A DNA stretch of 64,000 bases from Actinomycetes bacterium (lineage in GTDB: Bacteria > Actinomycetota > UBA4738 > HRBIN12): NCBI GenBank assembly GCA_031364965.1, contig JANLXF010000089.1:15709-79708 (forward strand). The letters are read 5' to 3'. Made by a program: the position numbers and the translations under genes. The notes beneath the pieces were generated by a model. The model saw only the letters and a list, made by a program, of their open reading frames with translations. It ran no database searches and was not told the origin of the DNA. Position 1 is the first letter of the stretch. Each line of letters begins with the position of its first letter. Below are positions 21,046-29,674 of this stretch, piece after piece.

Positions 21046-21795
21046 TCAGATGCGCGTGGTGGTGAAGCTCAACGCGTCGCATGTCGCTCGATCGGCGACC
21101 CACACGGTGACGGTATCGGCAGGCTGACCCGGCCCGGGGCCCTCCAGGACCACGGCCAGATAGGCGGGGGTTCCACGGAATCGGGCGGAGAGCAACCTGA
21201 TCGGCGAGCCGGGGAATCCTGGGAATGCGGTGGCGACGCAGCCCTGCGCCCGCTCGGTCTGGGCCGGCGTGCCCAGCGGCCCCGACGTCGCGATCTCGCC
21301 AGGGGCGCTTGCCGCCGCCGATCGTGCGTAGCCGCCCGCGAGGGTCTGGATCGCCGCCTCGTCGTAGTCGATCTCCTGTAACTCGAGGCTGAGGGCCGCG
21401 AGGGTCTCCGTGCCGGCCACCGTCGGCCGAGTTACGTCGCCCGATCCCGCGGCGCGATCGGACGCACCGTTGGTTCCCACCTTGGGGAGCACGACGGCGA
21501 TCAGGAGCGCGATGACCGCGGCCGCCGCGATCGCCCCGAAGCGGTACCAGGGGGGAGCGGCCGATGCTGGAGCCGAGTCTCGACTGCCCGTTCCGATCGC
21601 GGCGATCACCCGGCCGGCGAGATCGGGCGACATCGGGTCGGGGAGACGGGCCAGCGCGAGACGTCCGGCATCGGCGAGCTCGACCTCGGCCCGGCAGCGG
21701 GGGCAGGCCTGGAGGTGGGCGTCGACGGAGGTCCGAAGCGATCCGGACAGCGAGCCGTCGACGTAGTCGGCGAGGAGCTCTTCGGGGTGCGTCAT
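21046..21795 (-). CDS. Membrane-anchored zinc-binding (ZAS) anti-sigma factor
   Basis: H-x3-C-x2-C motif HLQACPRC, followed by a TM helix. Overlaps the ECF sigma stop by 4 nt. Confidence 0.85.
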   Translation of the reverse strand: MTHPEELLADYVDGSLSGSLRTSVDAHLQACPRCRAEVELADAGRLALARLPDPMSPDLAGRVIAAIGTGSRDSAPASAAPPWYRFGAIAAAAVIALLIAVVLPKVGTNGASDRAAGSGDVTRPTVAGTETLAALSLELQEIDYDEAAIQTLAGGYARSAAASAPGEIATSGPLGTPAQTERAQGCVATAFPGFPGSPIRLLSARFRGTPAYLAVVLEGPGPGQPADTVTVWVADRATCDALSFTTTRI

Positions 21796-22370
21796 CGTTC
21801 CTCCTCCGACGCTTCCGGCACGCCCTCAGGTTCCGCGAGTGCGCGGGCCAAGGCGACCCGGCCCCGATGGACCCGGGACTTGACCGTGCCGACCGGGACG
21901 TCGAGGACGCGCGCGATCTCCTCGTAGGGGAGGTCTTCGATGTCCGCGAGCACCAGCACCACCCGGAAGTCCTCGGGGATCAGGGCGAGAGCGCGAGCCA
22001 CGTCGATCGTGCCCGCGATCTCGTCGGCGGGGTCGGGTGTGGGGGGTGCGTCGTCCAGCGCGCGTTCATCGTTGTGGTCGGCCCTGTGGAGCATCGGTTG
22101 TCGCTTCGCGCGTCGCAGCGAGTCGTAGCAGGCGTTCACGGCGATCCGGTGGAGCCAGGTTCCGAAGGCCGCGTCGCCCCGGAACTGTTCGAGCTTGCGG
22201 AAGGCCGTCATGAAGGCGTCCTGGGCAGCGTCGCGCGCGTCTTCGGGGTCGGCGAGGATCCGCAGGCACACCGCGTAGATCCGCGTCTGGTGCAACTCGA
22301 CGAGCGCGCCGAAGGCCGTTGGATCGCCCCCGCGGGCTCGGCGCAGCAGGAGGTCGTCGGGCCGGCTCAC
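21792..22370 (-). CDS. sigM: ECF (sigma-70 family) RNA polymerase sigma factor, SigM-like
   Basis: Sigma regions 2 and 4 (DAAQDAFMTAFR...; EEIARVLDVPVGTVKSRVHRGR). Position next to murJ and trxB matches Mtb sigM. Confidence 0.88.
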   Translation of the reverse strand: MSRPDDLLLRRARGGDPTAFGALVELHQTRIYAVCLRILADPEDARDAAQDAFMTAFRKLEQFRGDAAFGTWLHRIAVNACYDSLRRAKRQPMLHRADHNDERALDDAPPTPDPADEIAGTIDVARALALIPEDFRVVLVLADIEDLPYEEIARVLDVPVGTVKSRVHRGRVALARALAEPEGVPEASEEER

Positions 22371-22380
22371 GTCACCGACG

Positions 22381-22788
22381 CTACACGGACGAGGGGCCGA
22401 CGGTTTCCGTGTGCACTACCTGCGCGTAGTGCTTGGTAAAGCTCAGATGGCCGGCCAGGAACGTGTGGGCCGTCTTCTTCACGGTGATCGTGATCCGACC
22501 CGTCTGCGGATCAACGGTGCAGAACCCCTTCTTGGGGATCTTGATCGTGTCGTCCTCGGCACGGATCGCGGTGGCCGCCTCCTCGCACGCGCTCGGGGCA
22601 CTCCCGGTTCGGGCGTAGGCGTCGACGCCCGCGCTCGCGGCTCTGCTCGCCGCGTCGGCGACGTGGAACGTCGTGAACATGATCGAGAACGTATCGACGG
22701 CCGAGACGCACATAAGGGCGAGTAGCAGCAACCACACGATCACGAGCTTGCCCATCATCCCGGTCTCGCTTCGCAGACGTGCGTGCAT
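22381..22788 (-). CDS. Small membrane-anchored hypothetical protein (TadE-like N-terminus?)
   Basis: The ATG at 22788 is preceded by a strong SD gagggagg, directly after the murJ stop. One N-terminal TM helix plus a soluble domain. Tightly packed between murJ and sigM. Confidence 0.55.
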   Translation of the reverse strand: MHARLRSETGMMGKLVIVWLLLLALMCVSAVDTFSIMFTTFHVADAASRAASAGVDAYARTGSAPSACEEAATAIRAEDDTIKIPKKGFCTVDPQTGRITITVKKTAHTFLAGHLSFTKHYAQVVHTETVGPSSV

Positions 22789-22798
22789 CAGACCTCCC

Positions 22799-24373
22799 TC
22801 AGCCACGGAATCGGCTGAGCATCGCGCTCTTGACCTCTTCGACCTCGCGGAGACCGACGATAAGCGCCCCACCGAGGAAGACAAGCAACGCGGCCGAGAC
22901 GGCGACGGCGACCTCCACGAGCCCACGCACGTCCGACGCTCCCGCAGGGACGATGCGCGTGGCCGCCCACGCCGCGAGGCCGGCGGCCGCGGACAACGGG
23001 AGCACCTTCACGAGGGTCACGCCGATCCGGGCGCCGTCGAGCCCCTGGATCCGACGTCGGGCGATCAGCAGCAGCACCCCGGTCCCGACCGCGTACGAGG
23101 CGGCGTGCCCCAACGCCAGCCCCGGGATCCCGAGGTCGAGCCCGAAGAAGAAGAGCAGGTCCGCGGCCACGTTCACGACGGCGGCACCGATGTTCACGAG
23201 CGCGGGGGTTCGGGTGTCCTGCATCGCGTAGAAGGTCCGCGTGAGCAGTTGGAAGACCGAGAAGAAGGGCAGACCGACCGCGAAGGCCCGAAGCGTGTCG
23301 GAGATCAGGACCGCGTCGCGCGGGTTCGACGCGCCGTGCTGGAACAGCAACCGAGTGAGCGGCAGCGCGATCGCGATGAATCCGAAGGCGGCGGGCACGA
23401 TGATCACGGACGTGTCGCGGACCCCTCTCGAGAATAGGGTGCGCACGTCGTCGATCCGCCGGTCGGACCAGGCGGCCGACATGGCGGGGAGCAGGGCGGT
23501 GAAGATCGACACCGCGAAGATCGCATGGGGAAGCGAGAACACGATGAATGCCGCCGCGTACGCGGTGATCCCACCCTGGACCCGGCGATTGAGGACGATG
23601 ATCACGAGGTACGCGAGCTGGTTCGCGGCCACGTAGACCACGACCCAGACCGCGAGCCTGGCCATCCGGCGGAGCGCGGGATGACCCCAATCGAACCGCA
23701 GGTGCCACCGATAGCCTGCCGAGCGCAGCGACGGCCATAGGGCGAGCGTCATGGCGGCGACGCCCACCGTCGTGCCCGCGCCGAGCACGAGCCGCTGCGA
23801 CGCGGTGATGTCGGCGACGCTGGCCGGAGAGCCGCCGTGCATGACCCACGCGTAGACGCCGAACGTGGCGATCACCACGAGGTTGTTCAAGACCGGCGCG
23901 AACATGGGCGCGGCGAACCGGCGGTTCGCGTTCAGGAGTCCCCCTGCGGCCGCTCCCACGCCGTAGAACACGATCTGCGGCATGAACCATCGCAAGAAGT
24001 ACGTCCCGAGGGCGAGCTGCGCGGCCTTGTCGGGAGCGTCGGAGATCGAGTTATAGAGCCCGATGATCTGCGGGGCGAAGATCATCCCGAGGACGGCGAT
24101 CGCGGAGAGCAACACGAGGGTGAGGGTCAGGATGCGGTCGGCGACCTCCCAGGAGGCGCCGCGGCCGTATTGCTGCATCCGGTCCACGAACAGCGGCACG
24201 AACACCGAGGTGAGCACACCCCCGAGGGCCAGCTCGTACAGGATGTTGGGCGTGGTGTTCGCGGTCGTGTAGGTGTCGGCGAGGGCGCTCCCGGTGACGC
24301 CGATCGCGGCGATCTGTGCCGAGAGGCGCAGGAATCCCGTGACGCGCGACAACGCCGTTCCCACGGTCATCAC
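22799..24373 (-). CDS. murJ: Lipid II flippase MurJ/MviN
   Basis: 524 aa with 14 predicted TM helices. The MurJ N-terminal motif (LSRVTGFLR) is present. Confidence 0.93.
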   Translation of the reverse strand: MMTVGTALSRVTGFLRLSAQIAAIGVTGSALADTYTTANTTPNILYELALGGVLTSVFVPLFVDRMQQYGRGASWEVADRILTLTLVLLSAIAVLGMIFAPQIIGLYNSISDAPDKAAQLALGTYFLRWFMPQIVFYGVGAAAGGLLNANRRFAAPMFAPVLNNLVVIATFGVYAWVMHGGSPASVADITASQRLVLGAGTTVGVAAMTLALWPSLRSAGYRWHLRFDWGHPALRRMARLAVWVVVYVAANQLAYLVIIVLNRRVQGGITAYAAAFIVFSLPHAIFAVSIFTALLPAMSAAWSDRRIDDVRTLFSRGVRDTSVIIVPAAFGFIAIALPLTRLLFQHGASNPRDAVLISDTLRAFAVGLPFFSVFQLLTRTFYAMQDTRTPALVNIGAAVVNVAADLLFFFGLDLGIPGLALGHAASYAVGTGVLLLIARRRIQGLDGARIGVTLVKVLPLSAAAGLAAWAATRIVPAGASDVRGLVEVAVAVSAALLVFLGGALIVGLREVEEVKSAMLSRFRG

Positions 24374-24435
24374 GCCCGCGTTGCGGGCGTACCCGGCGTC
24401 TCGCGCCGCGAGGTCGCCCGGATCGGAAGCGGGGG

Positions 24436-26478
24436 TCAGGTCCGGCGTCTGATCACCCTCCTCACCCAGAGCCCCGCCAGCAAGAGGGCAGCCGCGGCGG
24501 TGACGATCAGCGCGATCCGGTTCACCGCGGTCACGCGCACCACGAGCTGCTGTTGATGGATCGGCAGGTTGTTCGGCGCCCTGGTGATCACCTCGATCGA
24601 CGCGGGGCCCGCCCCTGTGGCGAGGACCCGGAGGTTCACGATCTGGTTCGAGCCGGTGAGTTCGATCGTCTGGCGGTCTCCATCGGGGAAGGTGAACCGC
24701 GAGGACCGGAACTGGAGCTGCACGGTGATCGGGGTGTCGCCGGGATCGCTCATCCTGATCGGGATCGTGCCCTCGCGCGATGTCAAGGTGAACACCTGGC
24801 TCGTGTCGGGCGCCGCATGATCGAACAGGGCGCCCGTGACGGCGTCGACCTGCGCGATCCAGCGCGAGCCCGCCGACGGATCCGCCACGTACTCACCGGA
24901 CTCCGCCATGAGCAAGGCACGACGCAGCCGGTCGGGTACCGGGGAAGGCTCGAGGAGCATCGCCTCGAATCCGTCAACCCGGCGTCGAGCATCCCGGATC
25001 GCGTCGGCATAGGTGCGCGGGAACACCGCCGAGGGTGCCGTGGTGAGCGCCGTGGCGTCGCCCACGGGGAACACCTGTCGCACGAGTTGGCGGGCGGTCA
25101 CCCCCCGCAGGAACGGAGCGTCGGCGAGGCGGCGCGTGATCGGACCCCAGATGCCCGGCGGCAGGTTCGCGGGGAGGGCGAGTGAGACCCCGCGCACCGT
25201 GGGGGGCACGGGCACCGGCGATTCACGCCAGATCGTGGCGAGCTCGCCCAGCACGACCTGGGCCGCGAGGATCGGGTCCTGCTCGATCGCCGGGTCGGCA
25301 AGCAGCCCCGCCACGTCCGGGTCGGGGAGCACGATCGACACTTCGTCGCCACCGGTCACCGGAACCCCCGCCGTCGGCAGCGGCGCATAGGCGTTCTCCT
25401 GTTCCGGCCGCTCCACGGTATCGGCGGCACCCAGGACGGTGAGGATGCCACGCGACGACAGGAGGGCGATCGTCGCGTCGTCCAACGCACTCTGGGGCGG
25501 TCTGATCACCTCCCGGACGGGCGGATGATCGAGCGTGAGGGCGACGGTGCGCCGCCCGAGCGCCAGTTGCGCGGTCAGGTCGGGCGCGAGGGTCGTCGCG
25601 AGCAACGAGGGCAGGAGCGGCGCCGAGAAGGGCATCGCCGACGGCTCCACCCCGGGATCGCTCGCGAGGCGTGCGAGCATGCGGAGCATGCGGTCGGCGT
25701 CCTGGGCCGGAGGGTCGCCGGCGTTCACCTGACTCCCGTCGGTACGCTCGTAGCCGTCGCGCATCCGGGCCAGCTGGTCCAACGTGGACGGCTGCAACGC
25801 GAGATCGAACGACGCCTGGCGGTCGGCGTCGTCGGCGATCCGCACGAGCGCGTCGAGCTGCGCCGAAAGGACGCCCTCGTGGGCGATGGCGGTCTCGAAT
25901 CCCCGGTCGGCGAGCCGGCCATCCGGATCGAACGCCGACGGCGCGGAGAACTCGGCCCACCACGAGAGCCGCAGCGGTTCCTCGGGCGGGCGCACGAGAT
26001 GGATCGCGGCCGAGTTGATCGCGGCGACAGGAACCCCCCGGCTCCGCAGGTCGATCCGGAGCGGGTAGACGAGGGAGTCGAGCGCGCTGACCCCGCCGAT
26101 CAGCGACAGATCGATATCCTCGGAGAAGCTGCGCGGCTCGCCGGATGCCAGTGCGTCCTTGCGGGCGAAGGTCTGGGTGAAGACGGGAGAGTCGCCGGGC
26201 CCGTCGACCAGCGAAGATCCGTACAGGGTCCGGGAACGGATGGGCTGACCGATCGTGACCCCGAGTGAGAGATCGTCGACGGGGGCCGTTCCGTCGTTGC
26301 TCGCCTCGACGGTCACGGAGAGCACCGGGTCCTTCAGCGTCGTCCAGGCCGTCTGCGCGACGAGCCGAAGGGTGACGTCCGTCTGATCCTGCGCCCGGGC
26401 GATCGGCGCGCCGCTCAGGCACGGCAGCGCCGCGAGGAACAACGAGAAGAGTCCGCGGGACACGCGTCGGGTGGTCAT
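24436..26478 (-). CDS. Large secreted conserved hypothetical protein (Rv3909/DUF6049-like, murJ-adjacent)
   Basis: The ATG at 26478 gives a signal peptide MTTRRVSRGLFSLFLAALPCLSGAPIARA and a C-terminal TM anchor. The upstream 189 codons of the track ORF look like non-coding GC-rich run-on. Confidence 0.75.
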   Translation of the reverse strand: MTTRRVSRGLFSLFLAALPCLSGAPIARAQDQTDVTLRLVAQTAWTTLKDPVLSVTVEASNDGTAPVDDLSLGVTIGQPIRSRTLYGSSLVDGPGDSPVFTQTFARKDALASGEPRSFSEDIDLSLIGGVSALDSLVYPLRIDLRSRGVPVAAINSAAIHLVRPPEEPLRLSWWAEFSAPSAFDPDGRLADRGFETAIAHEGVLSAQLDALVRIADDADRQASFDLALQPSTLDQLARMRDGYERTDGSQVNAGDPPAQDADRMLRMLARLASDPGVEPSAMPFSAPLLPSLLATTLAPDLTAQLALGRRTVALTLDHPPVREVIRPPQSALDDATIALLSSRGILTVLGAADTVERPEQENAYAPLPTAGVPVTGGDEVSIVLPDPDVAGLLADPAIEQDPILAAQVVLGELATIWRESPVPVPPTVRGVSLALPANLPPGIWGPITRRLADAPFLRGVTARQLVRQVFPVGDATALTTAPSAVFPRTYADAIRDARRRVDGFEAMLLEPSPVPDRLRRALLMAESGEYVADPSAGSRWIAQVDAVTGALFDHAAPDTSQVFTLTSREGTIPIRMSDPGDTPITVQLQFRSSRFTFPDGDRQTIELTGSNQIVNLRVLATGAGPASIEVITRAPNNLPIHQQQLVVRVTAVNRIALIVTAAAALLLAGLWVRRVIRRRT

Positions 26479-26504
26479 GCCCGGCCCATCGTAGCGGGCG
26501 GCCC

Positions 26505-27269
26505 TCAGCCCCGGAGGAGGGCGAGCGCTTCGTTCAGGCCGTACGCGACGGCGACGAACAGCAGGAACGAGCCGACCGCGAGACGCAAGACGCGTTCCTG
26601 GGTTCCGAGCGCGAGCCGTGCGCCCACCAGCGCCCCGGGCACCGCGCCCACGGTGACACCCAGGAAGATCCACCAGTCGATGTGGCCGAGCCAGCCGTGG
26701 ACGATCGTGCCGGGGATCACCAGCACGACGATCGCCAGGAGCGAGGTTCCGAGCGACCGCTTGAGCGGCATGCCGAGCCAGCCGGCAAGCAACGGCACCA
26801 TGATCAACCCGCCACCGATCCCGAGCAGACCGCTGATGAACCCTGCCGCAAGCCCGACGCCCACGTAGGCGGCCGTCGTGGCCTCGCGCGCGGGCCTCCT
26901 CGATCCGGCTCGGCGCGTTCGGAGGATCCCGACCGCCTGGTAGGCCAGCAATGCGGCCGTCGAGACCAGGAGCAGATGGGTGTCGATGAACTTCGTCAGA
27001 GCCGCTCCAACGACCGCCGCCGCGACCCCGGGCACGGCCATCCACATCGCCGCCCGCTCGTCGATCTCCCCGGCCTTGCGATACGTGAGGGCGCCGGTGA
27101 TCGCGGTGGGCAAGATCGCGGGCAAGGGGGTTGCCAGCGCGACGATCGGGGCGGCGCCGAGCAGCACCTGGATGCCGGGTGTCATGACGATGCCGCCGCC
27201 GACCCCGAACAGTCCCGAGAGGACCCCCGACACGAGGCCGATCAGCGCGGCCACCCAGACGTCGGTCAT
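26505..27269 (-). CDS. Sulfite exporter TauE/SafE family membrane protein
   Basis: 254 aa with two internally repeated 4-TM halves and GxGGG motifs (LFGVGGGIVMTP; LLGIGGGLIMVP). The start ATG overlaps the NUDIX stop (ATGA). Confidence 0.85.
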   Translation of the reverse strand: MTDVWVAALIGLVSGVLSGLFGVGGGIVMTPGIQVLLGAAPIVALATPLPAILPTAITGALTYRKAGEIDERAAMWMAVPGVAAAVVGAALTKFIDTHLLLVSTAALLAYQAVGILRTRRAGSRRPAREATTAAYVGVGLAAGFISGLLGIGGGLIMVPLLAGWLGMPLKRSLGTSLLAIVVLVIPGTIVHGWLGHIDWWIFLGVTVGAVPGALVGARLALGTQERVLRLAVGSFLLFVAVAYGLNEALALLRG

Positions 27270-27991
27270 CCCAGGATCTCTGCGGCGCGGACGAGCACGT
27301 CGCGTTCCCCCCGGTAGGCCGCCCGCTTCATCGCGCGCTCGAGCGGGAACCAGCGGATCTCCTCCATCTCGTCGTCGTGATCCGCCGGGTCGCCGCCGGT
27401 GTGCCGCATCAAGAAGAAGTGCACGGTCTTGCGGATCCGCGTGTCTCCCCAGACGTAGAAGTACTTGGTCTCGCCCAGGGAGGACTCGATCACGGCGGTG
27501 AGCCCTGTCTCCTCGTGGACCTCGCGGACGGCGGCTTCCTCGTGACTCTCGCCCGCTTCGATCCCGCCCTTGGCCAGACCCCAGGCGAGCTCGCCCCTGC
27601 GGGTCCGCCGCGATGCCAGGACCACCTCGATGCCGTCGTCGACCCGCCGGTAGACGACGCCACCGGCGGAGATCTCCTTGACGACGGGGCCTTTGCCCGG
27701 CGTCTTGGCGGAAGTCTTGCCGGGGGTCTTGCCGGAAGTCTTGGACGCGGGCTTCTTCTTGCGGCGCTTCTTGGTGGCCTTCGGCTTGGCGGCGGCTCCG
27801 GAGCCGGAGGACGCGGCCTCCGTGGGAACGGGCGGCTCGGCGACGCGAGGCGACGACTTCGTACCAGCGGGTGGCGCCGCCTGGGTCCGCGCCGCCGCGT
27901 GATCGGTCGCCGTCCCCGGTCGCCGTCGTCGCCGTCTGCGCCGCCGACCCGCTCCGCCGGTTCCCGTTTCGTTGCCATCTGGCGCACCCAT
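27266..27991 (-). CDS. NUDIX hydrolase with poly-Arg/Lys-rich N-terminal region (MutT4-like)
   Basis: Nudix box GGIEAGESHEEAAVREVHEETG. The N-terminal [10 protein letters not shown] and K-rich low-complexity region resemble Mtb MutT4 (Rv3908), which occupies the same position. Confidence 0.85.
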   Translation of the reverse strand: MGAPDGNETGTGGAGRRRRRRRRRPGTATDHAAARTQAAPPAGTKSSPRVAEPPVPTEAASSGSGAAAKPKATKKRRKKKPASKTSGKTPGKTSAKTPGKGPVVKEISAGGVVYRRVDDGIEVVLASRRTRRGELAWGLAKGGIEAGESHEEAAVREVHEETGLTAVIESSLGETKYFYVWGDTRIRKTVHFFLMRHTGGDPADHDDEMEEIRWFPLERAMKRAAYRGERDVLVRAAEILG

Positions 27992-28107
27992 CGCGGGCGA
28001 TTCTAGGCCGTGGGCTCAGGTGAGCCGGGACCACGGCCGATGTCTTCGGCATGCGGCCGCTGGGCGGCCGCCTGATCCGCTCGAGCGCAAGGAGCGATGA
28101 CGTCGGC

Positions 28108-29220
28108 ATGGATATCAACGAACTCCTGAGGTACGCCGTGGAGCGGGGCGCCAGCGACCTGCACCTCAAGGTGGGGAACGTTCCGTTCATCCGGGTTGAC
28201 GGAGCGCTCGATCCCGCTCCGTTCGACGCGCTGACCGCATCCGATACCGAGACGTTCGCGTCGGCCCTGATGTCGGAGCACAAGCGGCGCGAGTTCGAAG
28301 CGTCGAGCGAGGCGGACCTGGGGTACACCCTGGCAGGCGTGGGGCGGTTCCGGGTCAACGTGTTCCGCCAGCGGGCGGTCATCGGACTCGCGGTGCGTCG
28401 CGTGCGCTCCGAGGTGCCCACGTTCGAAGAGCTCCGGCTCCCCACCGTGATGCGGTCGTTGGCCGAATCTCCCCGGGGGCTCGTGCTGATCACAGGCCCG
28501 ACCGGCACCGGCAAGACCACGACGATCGCCTCGATGATCGGCCATATCAACCGGACTCGCCGGGCCCACATCGTCACGATCGAGGACCCGATCGAGGTCA
28601 TGCACGACGACATCCGCTCGATCGTGCAGCAGCGGGAGATCGGCATCGACACCGATTCCTACGGCGCGGCGCTCCGCCACGTGATCCGTCAGGACCCCGA
28701 CGTGATCTTCATCGGAGAGATCCGCGACGCCGAATCGGCGCTCTCGGCGATCCAGGCGGCCGAGACCGGCCATCTGGTGATCTCGACCCTGCACACGATC
28801 GACTGCATGGAAACGATCAACCGCATGCTCGACCTGTTCCCGCCGCAGCAGCAGAAGGAGGTCCGGACCTCGTTCGCCGGCTCGCTCCGCGGCATCGTTT
28901 CGCAGCGACTCGTGACCCGCGCCGATGGGAAGGGACGCGTGCCTGCCATCGAGGTGCTCGTGAACACCGGCCGCGTGTTCGACCGGATCGTCGATCCCGA
29001 CAAGACGGATTCGATCGTCGAGGTGATCGCCGACGGCGAGTTTTACGGGATGCAGACCTTCGATCAGTCGCTCGTCCAGTTGGTGCGGGAGGGGCTCGTC
29101 GAGGAGGCCGAGGCCCGACGCACCGCGACGAACCCGCATGACTTCGACCTGCAGCTGCGCGGGGTGCTCGACCGGGGCTCGGCGCTCTCGGCCGACGAGA
29201 TCGCCGGGCTTCCCTTCTAG
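28108..29220 (+). CDS. pilT: Type IV pilus retraction ATPase PilT-like (orphan)
   Basis: Walker A GPTGTGKTTT, Asp box, His box and the PilT-specific AIRNLIRE-like region. Aligns along its whole length with PilT/PilU. No other pilus genes are present in the window. Confidence 0.88.
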   Translation: MDINELLRYAVERGASDLHLKVGNVPFIRVDGALDPAPFDALTASDTETFASALMSEHKRREFEASSEADLGYTLAGVGRFRVNVFRQRAVIGLAVRRVRSEVPTFEELRLPTVMRSLAESPRGLVLITGPTGTGKTTTIASMIGHINRTRRAHIVTIEDPIEVMHDDIRSIVQQREIGIDTDSYGAALRHVIRQDPDVIFIGEIRDAESALSAIQAAETGHLVISTLHTIDCMETINRMLDLFPPQQQKEVRTSFAGSLRGIVSQRLVTRADGKGRVPAIEVLVNTGRVFDRIVDPDKTDSIVEVIADGEFYGMQTFDQSLVQLVREGLVEEAEARRTATNPHDFDLQLRGVLDRGSALSADEIAGLPF

Positions 29221-29597
29221 GCGGGTTCGGCGCCTGGGGGGAGCTCGCCGGCCGCGCGTTGGGCTCGGAGCTCCATCGGATGCCGCCGATACCCGTACGG
29301 GATCGCGAGCACCAGGTACACCGGGATGAAGAGAGGTCCCCACGCGCCGTACTGACGGATGTGATGCCGTTCGTGCGCGAGCAGCGTCCCGGTCACGGGT
29401 CGCGCCGACACGATCACGAAGCCGATCGTCATCGCCGCCCGGTTCGCTTTCGGCATCAGTGCCGTCACACCTCGCGGGACCCGGTCGAAGATCAGCGCGC
29501 CGTCGGATAGACGTGGCGGTTGGAACGTGAGGAGCCCGACGACGAGGCCGAGCATCGTGTTGGGGAGCGTCCAGATGAACCCGAGCCAGGTGGGCAC
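29217..29597 (-). CDS. Small membrane protein with HExxH-like motif (AHERHHIRQ)
   Basis: 126 aa with a GTG start and 2-3 hydrophobic helices. HERHH fits a minimal Zn-peptidase HExxH motif. Function unknown. Confidence 0.45.
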   Translation of the reverse strand: MPTWLGFIWTLPNTMLGLVVGLLTFQPPRLSDGALIFDRVPRGVTALMPKANRAAMTIGFVIVSARPVTGTLLAHERHHIRQYGAWGPLFIPVYLVLAIPYGYRRHPMELRAQRAAGELPPGAEPA

Positions 29598-29674
29598 GTC
29601 TCGACCGTACCCGACGACGGGAGTGCCGCGCGCGGCCTCGGGCGGCGCAGGTCGGGGGGTATCCTCGTGCCGTC

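Noticed and set aside
19355-21127. 590-aa plus ORF antisense to cwlM/trxA/trxB
   Set aside because: It runs across three independently supported minus-strand genes.
25223-26422. 399-aa minus ORF and several plus ORFs inside the Rv3909-like gene
   Set aside because: Alternative frames of the 24436..26478 gene. R/G/P-rich.
27270-28652. Upstream 461 codons of the 715-aa track ORF 26505..28652
   Set aside because: Only the last 254 codons (TauE) have membrane-protein character and a start codon overlapping the NUDIX stop. The remainder is antisense to the NUDIX and PilT regions.
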